Positions 27,045-39,961 of a stretch of 64,000 nucleotides of DNA are shown here, one piece after another. Within the stretch, counting starts at the first letter, position 1. Each line of letters begins with the position of its first letter. Where the stretch lies: contig MU058636.1 of assembly GCA_013265495.1 (NCBI GenBank), forward strand, positions 7,270,295-7,334,294, read 5' to 3'. This stretch comes from Vicugna vicugna. Lineage: Eukaryota. Under the pieces are notes generated by a model, which saw nothing but the letters and a program-made list of their open reading frames with translations, made no database searches and was not told the DNA's origin. The position numbers and the translations under genes were made by a program.

Positions 27045-27088
27045 TCACACGCGCACACACGTGCACACACACGCGCGCGCACACACAC
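27045..27088. repeat. Mixed (CA)/(CG) alternating purine-pyrimidine tract
   Basis: cacacgcgcacacacgtgcacacacacgcgcgcgcacacacac. Confidence 0.9.
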
Positions 27089-29359
27089 TTCTCCCCCTTC
27101 TCTAGATTGAGGTCTCTTGGTGTGGGCGTACTGTTTTCTTTTTCAATAACGTGCTTCTTTGTTAGGAACAGAGAAAAGGACCAGAAACTGTCACTCCAAA
27201 TATGAAAGAGAAAGAGAGGGAGGAGCGTGGAGAAATTTCAAAGAAAGTTTTTCTAGGACCATTATGCATCAGAACTTCAGTTTCCCTTGCTCCCTGCTAA
27301 TTTATCATTATTTGGGGAAACAAGGATTTTAGGCTCCAATTTTAGATCCACTTATTTGAAACCCTTTCAGAGGAGTTGGGTCTGATTTACTAACAACGGG
27401 TGCATCCGTCTTCCACACGAGGCACCAAACAGCCGAGCCTGGTAGCCAACTGTGTTCATCTGTTACCTAATGTGCGAAGAGACCCAGTTCCTCTATTTAA
27501 ATAGCAAATGCAAAATAAGCACTTGCAGGCTGAAAATTTTCAGGTCCCACTCCCCCACCCCACCCTCCATATAATTTTCACTCAGGGTTGGGGGGGGGTG
27601 TCTCCCATTGTCCCTTCAGCCTCAGCAGTCCCTGAACTAAGCACACATAGATTTTTTTTTTTTGCAAAATGAACACTTTCTCAACGTTCTGTTTCTGTCA
27701 CAGGCAAGGCTGCTGTTGCGGGTTTACAGGTTGTTTCCATGCCAACCCAGGAGGCAGGGATTTGACTGTGGTCCACGTGACTGGCTCCCCTGTGTATGTG
27801 GTTGTATGTGGAGACCCCGCAAAGGTCCCACCATTGTCCTAGTCATCCAGGCTCTAGGCGTCCTATAATCTCATTTCTTCTCCCTCCTCAACAAAGCAGT
27901 CAACAGATCCCACCAGTCCTGCCTTTAAGGCACGCCTCGGACACATCCCTCTGGACCATCCGCTCAGCCTTCTGAGTGCGGCTTCCTGCTGCGTCATCCC
28001 TGGATCCTTGCCACGTGGCCCGCAAGCTGCGCTGCTTCCGCGGGCCCTTCCTCCAGAGCGTCCTGTGCCTGACTGTTACCTTCCCACGCAGCACGTCGAC
28101 GTTTTCTTTCTCCCTTCATGAAATCAGCCTTCCTTTTCCATAGCTCTCCCTGCTCTGCCCCAACCTTCTCTCCAATTTGCTTAATCTCATCTCCTGTCAC
28201 GACCTTGACCAGTTACCTTTATGCTGCAGGTAGGATGTTTCTTCCCTGGTCAGCCAAACAGGCCAGACCCCGCTGCACTCCAGACCCCTCCCCATCAGAG
28301 CCCCTTCCTGGACTGTCCGCCCTGCTCCCTCTGTGCTTCTAACTCCTGCTGATCGCTTAGGGCCTGGCCGCAGGGCCCCCTCCCCTTCGAGGCCTCCCTT
28401 CCTCTGTCACAGAAGCGTGCGTGTGTTCACTTCTGCAGCCAGACGTCTAAAGTCCTGTACTTGATAATTATGGAATTCCACTCTTAAGAACTGCCACTTG
28501 GCTGTTTTCTGGAATACAGGCCTCAACCACCCTCCAGCTTCAGGTGCTCCCTGGCCCCCCAGGGCTCTCAGGGTTTGTCAGGCACGGCTGGGCTAGGCTT
28601 CTCAGGAGGGATGTTTCGGGGGGCTCTAGGCCAAGCACTGGGTAGGCCTTCACTTCTTGGGATGCTTCTAGACCTGACCTCACAGCCGTTCTCAGTCAGA
28701 CTACATGTAAGGGTACGATCAAGTGGCTGGACTGAGGAGTCCCAGCGCTGACATGCAGGCATGCTCTGGCCCTGTGAGGCCACCTTGGTCACCCAGAGAA
28801 TTCACAAAGGCTGTTAAGTGGCACTGAGCTACTTTTACCTGACCAAGCATATGATCGACAATCGGATTAAGCTTTCCCACAAAATGTGTTCTGAACTCTT
28901 AAGCCTTTTCCTCTTTGATGTCTCATCTTCCAATTCAACTTAGTCTTAGCTTCTCCAAAAGTCAGGCAGTAACGGGGGCTGCTAATTAATTTTCAATAAC
29001 ATACAGAGGGGCGTGGGAATGGTCTGAAGTTGTCTAAAAATTAAAGACATTGCAAAAAAATACTATTCTTGGTGCTAAAGAAAGTATAATTTTCAATGTT
29101 GGCAATTACCAAACTTGATTTGGTAATAAAGTGCCAATACGAAAATTCGGCCATTCCTATATTCCATGACTGAACAGAATAAAAACATAATTTTATGTGA
29201 CAGGATGAAATTGTAAACTCACTGAAAGGTGGCAGACTATTTACATTATTGTTAAGCCTGTGCTATTTTTCTATACATTGGCGTCTAAAAGTTGAAAGCT
29301 TGTTTTTATAATAATGAGTGATACTTTTGGATGTAGTTCATGGGAAAGCGAACAATTTC

Positions 29360-29600
29360 TACTATAATGATAACAATGATCATATATGTATCCAATACTT
29401 CCTGTGTCACAGATGGCGAAAGCCATCCCTCTTATCCTCACAATGACACTCCTAGCAGGTACTATTATTATTCTTATTTTACAAAGGAGGGAACTGAGGC
29501 ACACAGAGGTATACCCAAAGTCAGGGAGCTATTTAGGTCACGGCTGGGACTTGAACTCTTGCAGTATAATTCTAGTATTAACACTCCTAACCATTACGCC
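29360..29600 (-). mobile_element. MIR SINE
   Basis: attttacaaaggagggaactgaggcacagag...gggacttgaactc. Confidence 0.7.
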
Positions 29601-29712
29601 AATGCATGGAAATAAGACTGAACACTGCTGGGAAGACATAAAGGAGAAAGCTCTACTATATTGGAAAGTGGGGCGCCTTGTATAGGTTCACTTTGTTCTC
29701 TGAAATACACAC

Positions 29713-29832
29713 CTTTACTAATTCCATGACAAGATACAGCTCAGTCGGCACATCCATCTCTTCAATCAGAAGAACAATATTGGGATGCTTCACTCTTCTT
29801 AAAATAGACACCTCATTCTGGATCATGTGCTC
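29713..29832 (-). CDS. DCLK1: DCLK1 exon 12 (120 nt): [40 protein letters not shown]
   Basis: CAG|GAG acceptor and AAG|GTGTGT donor. Contains the alphaC Glu, the HPNIV motif and the hinge. Confidence 0.96.
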
Positions 29833-30343
29833 CTGTTCAGGGAAAAGTTATCTTAATCGATATACACGTCAAAATAAATGAGGCATTAACTCAAATGGAC
29901 AAAACTATAGACTATTTGCAGGTCAGGGGAGATGTATTTTGCTAAGATACAATGAGTCTATTTTAGATTCTGATACTCAGATAGCCTACAATTGCCAGCA
30001 GATGTTGAAGGTCCTTAGATGATGCTTGTAACTTCAGAAGCTACAATAATCACATGTAGAAGGATGGGATGAAACTTAGGTCACAAAGGTAACAGAAGAA
30101 GTGAACAAACAGGCAAGCAGAGAAGGAAAAGAAGTAACATCCAATCATTCCAACTAGCTTTTATTCCAGCAACATTTACAGAATAAAGTAACATCCTCAT
30201 AAGAATAGAACATTCTATTCCACCGAAATGCAGCTCCTAAGGTGAACCTGTGTTTATCTGGGAGTTCACCTTTGTGTTTCTTTCTATCCGCTCCCTCCCC
30301 GCACCAAACACTGTATTTCCATAAGAATAAACTTCATACATAC

Positions 30344-30401
30344 TTTGCCTCGACACTTGCTTTTCTTGATAATTTTCAGAGCATACTCCCTAGCAGTCGA
30401 C
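30344..30401 (-). CDS. DCLK1: DCLK1 exon 11 (58 nt): STAREYALKIIKKSKCRGK, catalytic lysine (ALK)
   Basis: Hand translation. TTTGCAG| acceptor and AAA|GTATGT donor; phases agree with both neighbours. Confidence 0.96.
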
Positions 30402-33400
30402 CTGCAAAGAGAAAGTTTTATTTTAAATAAACTTAATTTCAGATCTACTGAATCATCTTATCAAGGATGAATTTCTTACCCTGTAGATCTTGCATCATGG
30501 TGCAAATATTTTGTAAAAGATTCTCTTTTCCCTTTTTAAAAAGAAATACGTAAACTTGAAGGGGTTGGCCAAGTGTGAGGACAGCGAGCACTCTAGCACA
30601 GAAACATCCTGAGCCGTTAATGCTGCAGGACTCGGAACTCACCGACTGCTGTTACTGCCGCTGTGTGACTCCTCCTGCGAGGTGGCCCTGCCCTGCTCTC
30701 CCCTCTGAACTGGTGTGTGCTCAGGACACAGAGCAGGTGTGAGTTCCTGCCCTTCTTCCCAGTCTCTCTCGAGGTTCTCAACCCAACTCAAGCATGGCTC
30801 TCATGGTCACACTGACAACTCTCAAGAAGCAAGTTCACCCTCTTCAGACTGGGGTTGTGTGCGGCCCTCTGTGCTCTGCTGGGGACCTCAGGACTGAGGT
30901 GCTCAAGGAGTAGAGAAAGGAACACAGCCATTATCTGAGCATCCCGTGACCTCATGGGCCTTTGATGGTTGTCTCATGTGACAGAAATGAGATGGAGATG
31001 ACAGTTAAATCAACTCACTTTCCCGCAGCCACATGGCAGTGTGAAGCTCAGAACTTTGAGCTCTTGGGGTCTCTGCCTCGCATACAGCCCAGCCAACACC
31101 GCCCCTCCTCCGCGGTGGGTGTGGGAGGGAGAGCTTAGTCATACCGCACCTTTAAATAGCTTCCTGACTTGTGTTAACATTTCCAAGGTACTGTAGTGCC
31201 AAATGCGACAGGTCTATTGTCAAAGGACACAATGCAGTCTTGATAATCCTAAGAAACCACTACTTCTCAAGCATTGCCATTTCATTTCTGCTGGGAAACC
31301 AAGAGAGTCTAGCTTTTTACTTATAGATCAAGGCCAATTTGGGGGATCCAAATATGTACAATGGGAGTGAAGCTGGTTAAGAACAAAATTTTTAAATAGA
31401 ATTTTAAAATCTTCAGTTTGGAGGATGAAAGGGGAATTTCCTAGTTGGGTGGTGAGACCAAGAGAGTGATTTGCCTACAAATAAATTAAGAGGCCAGATA
31501 TTAACAATGTGTTTCACAAGGGCATTTCAGAAACCATTCACGTCATTTACTACTCAAATGCTTCTTTCACTACACTTTCACTACACTTCTAGGACCCTTC
31601 ACGGTACTAGCTTGTAGAAAACTAATAAGCATCGATCAGATTGTTAAAATTGTATCTGGTGAATAAAACCAGACTGAAACCATCACGGTGAAGTCTACTT
31701 TCTCCACTAGAGGGCTTTGTGGTTCAGATGGGAGGGGGTAAACCCCTCTGCCTCAGGGTGGCTCTCCTGCAGGGGGTGTGGGGTGTCCAGAGGAACCCAA
31801 AGTGCCTCAATGACAGGAAGAAATGGACTAGGAGCCCCAAGGATGCCACTCCCACTGGGCCTCTGTTGATTCTTGAGGCCCCCGAGGAGGCAGGTGTGAG
31901 TCAGCCTTGGCTAAACTCAGGGCTTGGGGTGCCAGGTGTCCCCACATAAACGCCAGACCTTCAGAGAGGCTGTGTACCGCGGGAAGGGGATGAAGAAAAA
32001 GCACTTCGCTCAGAGGGTAAATGAAATATTTAACACGAGACGTAAAACGTACGAGCAGACATTTAAATGCGAACGTGAAATTACTCATATACAAGGGACT
32101 CCTCACATCACAGACGGATCACGGCGTCCCTTTAAGGGGCTTTTCTGAAGAGTTTGTTTGCAAATTTGAAAATCCTTCATCAAGAGGAAACTAAAGGCTG
32201 AAGAATTTCTGGATTCTGCTGTTCATGAATCACTAAAAGATTATGACAAAGCAAATCGGAGACCAGAAGATGTGAGAAGTTTCCTGTCTGGTTTAAGATA
32301 CTTCATTTGATGGCAAGGGAATCTGGACTCTTGGACAGACGGCTCTGATAAGAGCCAGCAGCCCCAGGCAAACCAGAGACAGCTTCCATTCAGCACCTCC
32401 GCAAAGGGGATGGGTGGGGCGGTGCTGCTGAGAAGGCAGGGGTATTTCTTAGCTTTGTCACCCCCCACCCCCCCAACCCCCCGTTATCACTGGATCCTCC
32501 ATTTCCCTGGAAGGAATAACATTAAAGCTTTGCTACGTAAACTCAGAGCAGAGCTGGTGGGGGACTAGGAAGTCCGATTTCTCCTCTCCAGCCAGCCAGA
32601 CCTGGAGCAGAATCCCAGGGGACAAGTGGGCGTCCTGGCTCGCACGACACCAAACAGTCAGGTTATATCCTGAGCCTACAGCAGAGGTGAAAATGCAAGC
32701 AGATCTGGGGCGCGGTGGCCCTAGAGCTGACTAGGAAGAAAGGATCTCGTGGGCGGAAGAACCAGAACCTTACACAATAGGATCAAACACTCAATTAGCT
32801 TTGCCCATATTATTTTAATCAGTGAGCCCCGTGGAGGACCACCACAATGCATACTGCAAGTTTTCTTCCTGGGTTCCTTGAGGACAGAACTATAAAGTCA
32901 TAATAAACTTCTTAATTACTGTAAGTGCGTATTTATAGGAAAGTTGCTGACTCTGGAAAATGAGCCTAAAAACAGGTGTTAGGACTAAACGTATACCACA
33001 GGAATAAAAACGTCACTGCCTACTTTAAGTAGGTCAGTGAAAACACTTGGCAAGAAACAAAACTTCCAATAAAGCATCTGCCTTCCTCCATCCCCTACAC
33101 TCTGAGGACCGCTGCGTCGGTGTAATTATTCAGCAAGCGGTTAGGAGCATGGTTCTTTGGTGGCTTCAGAGGGGATGGCGACCTGGTCTTTGACCTCAAG
33201 GAGTCTACAGCATGGTGTGCTAAGACTCGAAGACACCTGGATGGCTGGTGAACAGCCAGGCCATTTTCTTGTCTGTTCCTGAAATTTTATGCTTGACCTT
33301 TTATGAAATTACAGAAACCTCAAATGCCACGGCCAGAGCAGCGACAGCAAATCAAGTTTTGTTTTCCTCCTTGTCTGTGGGCACTCAATTTGTCAGGTCG

Positions 33401-35559
33401 GTTTCCCATGAAGTTTGACCCAAGGCTAGAGCTCGAACTACTCGGAGATACGTCTGATTTTTACCAACTTGAACTGAATCTAATTTCTCAGGTTTGTGCT
33501 AAAAATAGTTTGGAGAAAGTTCTCGTGTTTAACTTAATGACTCTCAGCCCTGGGGCAGTCTCCTCCTCGCCCCTTCCCCCAGCCCGGGAGCACAGTGGGA
33601 TGCTTATAAAAAGGGTGCTCTGGAATAACATGCTTTTAGTTGTTTGCTCTGTTTTGAAGGTTTTTGAAAAGGTTTCGTGGAAGATGAAACACAGCTTCTC
33701 AGGCCTTCCTCTACTATAGCACTTGTGGAATTCCATGGCAATCCTTCGCTCAGAGGTCAGGTTCTCCAACTGTGTCTTGACTCTCTCTGCAGCCCCAGAA
33801 GTGCCAAGAAGGGGCTCCATACATGTTGGTGGCAGTTAGGACAGTGACAAGACCCCGCCCCCAACACCAGGAAAGAGGGGTTGGTCAACAGCACCCTTTG
33901 TTTGCCAAGTAAGCATCATAAAGTGAAATCTCAGCCTCTGTAAGCAGAGAAGTGAGGCATCCCCGAGTGTCTTGTCAGACAGCTCGAGTAGACTTTTAGT
34001 TTGAATTCGAACGTGGGTCCTATGGTTATCAGGTGCCAGAGCACCTTTCAGAAGGAAAACAGGACGAATGCTGACAGGTAGCTGAGAGATCCTTACACCT
34101 CTTCACATGAACTTACCTTCCATATCCCACTTCAGAAGGAAATGCCTTCTAATGGTAGGTACAGAGGTTCTCGAAAATTCTGAAGATTTTCCAGGTGGAT
34201 GCAATCCGTGTTGTTGACACTCAAGTCCTGTCTCGTGCAGGTGGGTTTGGGCCCGTCTAGGTTCACCGCCAGAGCCAGCGCTTCGCTGTGTACTTCTCCG
34301 GGTTTACAGGTGGAGGGGGAGAGAGGGAATCACAAGCAGCTAGCATTTTAACCCAGTGCTGATGCCTGCGAGACTAAAACATGTGGGCAGTGCAGGTGGG
34401 GAGGAGGCCGGGAGCCACCTGAGACACCATTCAGTGATGCGACCGCATCACTGGTACCCTGGGCTCAAATGATAATTAGTCCACACGGAGCGAGGGAGCC
34501 AGAGAGCCAGAGCTGAAGGGCATCTCACCGTAAACCCCTGATCCATGCTCGGACCTCTTCTGAGCGCTTTTCAGCTTTTCGAGTTTTCTCTGGGGCCTCG
34601 AAAGGCTCCACAGGGCAGCTTCAAAAGTCCACTTCTGTTTGGACGTCCTAAGGGCTCCCAAGCTCGCTGGAGACGGTGCTACCGGGAGACAGGCAGAAAC
34701 CAAGAGGACCTGGCAGCCACCATGACCAGATGTGCTGGCACAGGAACCCGGCAAGGGGGCCTGGGCAGCTCTGGTGTTGCTTCCATTGTTGTGGGGAAAC
34801 CTTCCCTGCGACAGCGTATTGTTACCAGAGGAGGGACGTGCTTGCTCTTGTTAATACATATTCATCCTTCAAAAGATGGCAGAATGTACCCCCGCAAGCA
34901 ATGCGTGTGTCATTCAAAACATTCTGAGCTCGCTTTTATTTTCCTGGACCTCTGGAAAATATTAAAACAATGTTTTGTGAGAGCTCTGGGGAAGAGAAGG
35001 CAGATGCCATATGTCTTCGTTCAGCGGGAGTTGTCTTCTGTTTAGGCTCTGACGGTTCATACAAGAAGACCCAAGATATGAACTCATGCAAAATGAACAC
35101 ATCCAAACTGGAAAGAAAGAGATTAATCCGGGATGGGGAGATGAGAAGTTTCTATTCAGGGAAGACCAGGACCATGGAGCTGAGACACCATCGCGATGGG
35201 AGGACTCGCCAGGACAAACAGCACGCGGCCGCTCCCCCCCCAGACTCAGCAGATGACGCTCACTGGCCAGGGACCAGACACCCCGCAGCCGGAGGGCACG
35301 GCAATCTGCTAAAGCTGAGATTTTCTGCTGTGGCGGAGACTAAGTCGAAAAGGGTTGGATTTACGATTAGAAACAGTACAAATGAAATAAACAGACATGC
35401 ATGTCCATCCATTATACCTTGGGAATGGCTTTCCCGATTTAACTTCTGTCTTCTTGGCACAGGGACAAACGTGGCCTGTGTGGCTTTGGCTCAGCTAAGC
35501 CACATCCTCACGGAGACCCCCTGTCGGAGGCAGGAGGCAGTGGAGTTGAGTGGTCCAGA

Positions 35560-35760
35560 AGCGCGGGTTTGGGAGCTGAGCTCGAAGCCGTGCCTTGCTG
35601 AGCATTTAGGGGCCGAGCACTTGCTTACTCGGGCGTTCAGCTTCTCCAGGCGTTCTTTATGGAAGACGGAGACAGTACTGATACTATGGGATTATTATGA
35701 TAATTAAACGAAGTATCCTAAGTTAAGGGCCTTCTGTAAGGTTTATGCTCCATAAACAGC
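35560..35760 (+). mobile_element. Degenerate MIR
   Basis: Degenerate MIR order of motifs ending ...ctttatggaagacggagacagtactgatact...attatgataattaaacga. Confidence 0.45.
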
Positions 35761-37134
35761 AGTTGTTCCTGTCAGCGAGGTGTGAGGGAGCCCATGAGGA
35801 CTCTTCTGTATTTGCCAGTAACACAAGCTTCGTGGTGGGAGTGGCGAGAGGGGAGGGGCACAGGGGGCCCGGCAGGCTCTCCTGAGGGGTTTGTCATGCT
35901 CGTTACTCGTGCGCCTCCCCCCAAAAGCGGCTGCTCTAGGGGGTCACTGGCACTGTCGTCGGCAATGTCTCGGCCCAGCCGATGTGTTGGGGGGCAAAGT
36001 CTGAGACGCGTTGCTCCAGGGTAGCTTCACGAGGGCCCCGCTGCCTCAGTCGGGCAGGTGGTGAAGGGTGCATGTCAGCACTGGCCAAACTCAGGCCCCT
36101 CACGGTGTCTGAGGCCCTGGGAGACTTGCAGCCCTGAGTGGGCGTGGATCTTCATTTCCAAGTTGAAGGCCTTGGAGAAAAATAAGTTCTGGGTCTTGCA
36201 GGTACAACCTCCAGTGCAAGGCATCCTCTCTGAGCGGAAGTGGAGGGGAGCTTAGAGCAATCTTTCCGCCGCGTGTTGAGAAGCAGCTGGGTAGGGCACA
36301 CCCCCTTGGGGGGCAAAGAGTCGGGGGGGTAGTGTGCGCACCCCAGGCCAGCCCCCAGGAAGCCAGCCTACACCTCCCTCAAGGAGCGAGACGAGTTCCC
36401 CTGGCTCTTCAGTGCCAGGCTTACCAGTCCAAGAAGAAGCTGCTGGCTGACCGGGTTCCCCTTAAGAAACGAATTCCAATCCTGATGCTGGGCTCGGGGT
36501 GGAGGCCGCCTTAACCGGGGCTGTAACTATCACTTGTCACTTCTCTATCTGGTAGCCGCCAGCTACCGTCCCTGATCAGCTGTCAGGATCCCAGGGATAA
36601 ACCTTTCACTCTAAATCCTTCCCTCTGGTCCCATAAGAACGCCTGGCTCATTCATTTTAAAATACTTGAACGTATTACACGCCATTTTTGGGTTGGGATC
36701 AGTACCTAGGCACTTCAAAGCTTTCCAAAGTTATTATATTTAATTTTACTAAAGTACATGTTAGAGATATACACCCCATATAAGGACGTCTTGCCTCTAC
36801 AAAATGTCTCCAAAAAACATAAAAAATACTACTCAATATACATATTTTTTTAACAAAATAAAAGGACTTACCTGAAAGATCTGGCAAAGTTTTGCTGAGT
36901 ACATTAAAAAGAAAAATCAAAGTCCTTAATTTATTGATCGTCCCCAGGAATCACTACATTTTTCATATCTGCTGTTAGATGGGCTGTTCTTTCTTTAAAA
37001 TTTTTTTTTTACATCTGGACTTGAGACATTAACCTATTCCATATGTGCCACAGACTGCAAATAAAGACCCGACCTTGGAAAACACAATGCCAAACGTTTC
37101 CTCTAAAGTTCGAGGCAAATGATACCCTTCTCAC

Positions 37135-37243
37135 CTCTCTACACATTCCTTGACAACAGCAAAATTTCCATCTCCTATTGTCCTTCCGACTTTATACCGC
37201 TCTGTTATTGTGGCTGGAATCTGGAAGCCTTCCTCCGACACTT
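37135..37243 (-). CDS. DCLK1: DCLK1 exon 10 (109 nt): (E)[35 protein letters not shown](R), kinase Gly-rich loop
   Basis: Hand translation. TTTCAG| acceptor, AG|GTGAG donor, GDGNFA loop. Confidence 0.96.
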
Positions 37244-39876
37244 CTGAAAGAATCATTAGTATGGTTTTATTGGTAGAAAAGGGAACACAGATGTTGCGCA
37301 AAGGAGACGTTTAGAAGTTGAGAAATATCCTCGAGTAGACTGGCACTGATTCAGAACCAATGTGTCACCTTCTGTACAGCAAGGCCAGCCCCTCCATCCC
37401 TGCTGACGTTGTATAATCCACAGTTTGTACCAAGACAAATGATGAACCAAAAGGAAATGTAAAATGGATGAGGCCTGCTCCCACCTACGTAAAAGCGACT
37501 CCTGCTTTCTGCTGCAGTGGGGATTCTGAGCAGGAAGTTTTGCTTTTCATTTCATGCCAATTTGATCAACAGTGTTTACTGAATACCCCTGGTGTACAGA
37601 GAAACGACATTCCTAGGTCTGGAGGAAAATGCCGTTCGTAAGGGACTCTGGGCCGCTTGACATTCAACAAGCATGAAAAATGCCTGCTGTTTGGACACTT
37701 AGCTTTACTACATCCTGAAATCGAGATCTCCGTAAAATTCCTCATGAACTAAGCAGTGATTGCTCCCCCTCCCCAATATCAATGAGCAGATTTTAGACAA
37801 GTGTTCCCACAAGCAACCTGCGTAGCAGATGTTGAGTTAAAATTGCAATATCTATTATGTCTGTGAACAGAACAGTTTTGTAGTTTCAATTATGTTAGTG
37901 CCACTAACACAACGCATTTTCCCCCCTTAAAATGCATTTTGAAATATTTTACAAATGCCTAATAATGCTTTAAATATCTTAGGCCGTAAAACTAAATAAG
38001 CCACACTTAGGGGCACATAAATATCGTGGATAACCTTTAACATCTTAGGGGTATAAAAAGCTCTTTATAGCTGGGCTCTAAAATTTACATGCTTTAAAGT
38101 TATAAATCCTGGCTCTCCCTCAGGCAACCTGAATACAAAATGTGATGGAAGCCTCGTGTGCTTTCTAAATGTGCTCCTTTTCTGACCTTTAATCATAAAC
38201 TGAGACTAAACATTTCTTCTCAAAATAAAATTAAAACCTTAGGTGGCAAATAGGCTTTCTTGGCGATTTTTGTATTCTTGTTTAGTTTAGTCTGCATGGT
38301 TGGGGAACAGGAAGTGGAAACTCACAATCATCAGACATCTGCTTTGGGACCCTTACTTACGCTGCTTGTGTGATCATTTCCAATCTGCACCACTCTGGAT
38401 CCTAGAGTGGGTGAAATTTCTGGACAGCATTGTACAGATGCAGGACGTTCGCTGCTGCCACGGTTGTCCCTGGCATTTGTGCAGCCTCTTCACCTCTTTA
38501 TAGGTGACGTTTGACGCTTAACTCACTAGAAGTTATCTCAGTGGTCTCAAGAATAAAGTGAGAGCTGGAACCTAGCCTCCCTAAGCCCGTCGTCTCACCC
38601 CAAAGAAGCCACAATTCTGCCTCCGTTTGAAGGATTCAGCCTGGGGATTTTTGTCTAGTCCACGGTTATTACCAGAGACGGTTGGAGAAGTTTCAAATCC
38701 ACTGTAAAGCACCCGAATTTACAAAACATCTCTCAGATGACATGGTCTTAAGGCTCTTTTCTACACGGATAATAAAAGTAACCATCCTTGGCTGTTGGAG
38801 GCAAGCCTGACTTTGGATGGGAAATGGAAGGAGGTGCTTCCGACCCTTCCTTCCAGTGGGCGCCCAGCTGGAGCACATGGCATGGGACTTCCCCTGACTA
38901 TTGAGAAAACGTAGCTTTTAGGCTTTTGCCTAAGAAGACTTAGCCAAAGGCTTAGTCAAGGCCCATTTCATTTCATTAGGTAAATAAAATACATTGGGAC
39001 AAAAGAGACCTCCGAGTGGCTGAATCTCATACTTCTGGAAATACCAAAAAAGGCTGATATTGCATGGTAGTCAGAAAATAATCCCTGGGTAAGTCACATA
39101 TCTCACGTGACATAATAAAAGTGCCTCCCCCAAATGGCACTCTTTGGGAAAAATTAATCATATGATTTAAAACAAATGAGGGGTGCTGATCCTTTAACAG
39201 TAGCTTGATCATATTGGTTTTTACTTTAGTTTCTAAATACTTTCCTGTAATTGATTTGAGCCTGATAAAAAACCCCCGGCGAGTCCTGTATCACAATCTC
39301 CATTTCATAGAAGAGGCTTATCCAAAACAAACCGGTAGTTGTTAGCAAAAAAAAAAAAGTTGATTCTGGAATCCAGGTCATCTGACCACTTTCTAAAATG
39401 AATTAGCTTAAGGTACAAAGAATATTTTTGCAGTTGCCATCGATTCTTTTTGTAAAGCCAGACTTTCACATACTGACTTCACTTAGGTTAGAGTGTCTCT
39501 GCAGGGCTGTTACAGTCAATCACGAGAGAAAATATTCTTAATGTTCTAAATGTGAACAGAATTTGGGACAAAGGAAACAATTACCCCCTTGTATTTGAAA
39601 AGTGGGCAGCAGCTGGCCTTCTTAGAATGCTTATGCCCTCAGAGGGTGGGGAACATCTCCACATGAGGCTAACATCCTCTTCCTGCCCCCAGTACATACT
39701 GGTCCCTGGTGGGAGCCACGTTCAGTCCTACCCCCTTGCTATAACCCTTCGGAGCTGCTTCAGGCTCAGTCTGCTGGGGAAGTAAGTACAGCTCCCCGGT
39801 GTAAGTGTAGCCAACCCATCCTCTGCCCAGTACAAGCACAACCTGCTCCTCAGACAGCAGGTCCCAAGCTCACCAC

Positions 39877-39961
39877 CTTCTCCAGGTCCGTCATTCTCAT
39901 CCATCGAGCTGCAGACTTTGGTGGACGCGAGTGAAGTGGAGGAGCCACCATGCTGGGAGCT
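39877..39961 (-). CDS. DCLK1: DCLK1 exon 9 (85 nt): [28 protein letters not shown] plus 1 nt
   Basis: Pyrimidine tract and CACAG|AGC acceptor. Donor is GAAG|GTGGTG, with an alternative GT 3 nt downstream. Confidence 0.93.

Noticed and set aside
32389..32397. REST/RE1 site (TTCAGCACC)
   Set aside because: Only the left half-site is present; the GGACAG half does not follow.
34970..35707. 245-aa plus-strand ORF as a novel antisense gene
   Set aside because: No recognisable domain or exon structure, it lies in GC-rich intron where stops are scarce, and its 3' end runs into a probable MIR.
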